A stretch of 64,000 nt of DNA from an uncultured Gemmatimonadaceae bacterium (lineage in GTDB: Bacteria; Gemmatimonadota; Gemmatimonadetes; Gemmatimonadales; Gemmatimonadaceae): assembly GCA_963781585.1 (NCBI GenBank), contig CAWAGQ010000006.1, forward strand, positions 384,001 to 448,000. Direction: 5' to 3'. The notes below the pieces were generated by a model. That model was not told where the DNA came from, did not search any database, and was given only the letters and a program-made list of their open reading frames with translations. The position numbers were made by a program, and so were the translations under genes. Below are positions 63,921 to 64,000 of this stretch, piece after piece; positions within the stretch are counted from its first letter, which is position 1; each line of letters opens with the position of its first letter.

Positions 63921-64000
63921 TTGCGGCTCCCCTTCCTGCACTCGCTCCGTTCGCGGCTCCTCCTGCTCTTCGCCGCGCTCGCGGCTCGCGGGCTCGAGCT
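63921..64000 (+). CDS. Possible 5' end of a membrane sensor protein
   Basis: TTG 63921 reads LRLPFLHSLRSRLLLLFAALA, like the first TM segment of HAMP-type sensors. Too short to be sure. Confidence 0.25.
   Translation, partial: MRLPFLHSLRSRLLLLFAALAARGLE

Overview
High-GC (roughly two-thirds G+C, estimated by eye) bacterial accessory region. Its gene content (PadR + orphan duplicated ABC permeases, VPS10/BNR protein, Oar-like TonB receptor, many lipoproteins) suggests Gemmatimonadota or Acidobacteriota; this is an inference. It holds about 35 intact genes: secreted hydrolases and peptidases, a four-domain multicopper oxidase, two sensor kinases, three PadR/permease pairs, a GH2 beta-galactosidase and several surface proteins. 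About eight short gene relics lie between them, including an IS481-like fragment, and two genes carry single frameshifts. No rRNA, tRNA, CRISPR array or integrase was seen. Most notable: (1) a candidate extracellular nucleic-acid capture locus at 55.5-63.7 kb (TonB receptor, two OB-fold repeat lipoproteins, divergent ComEC-type metallo-beta-lactamase lipoprotein); (2) a strand-skewed, over-represented octamer GCCTAACG/CGTTAGGC that occurs even on rare TTA codons and matches the integron attC core; (3) a structured 5' leader upstream of an ankyrin gene with a small N-terminal helical domain. All family assignments come from motif recognition by eye, not database searches.
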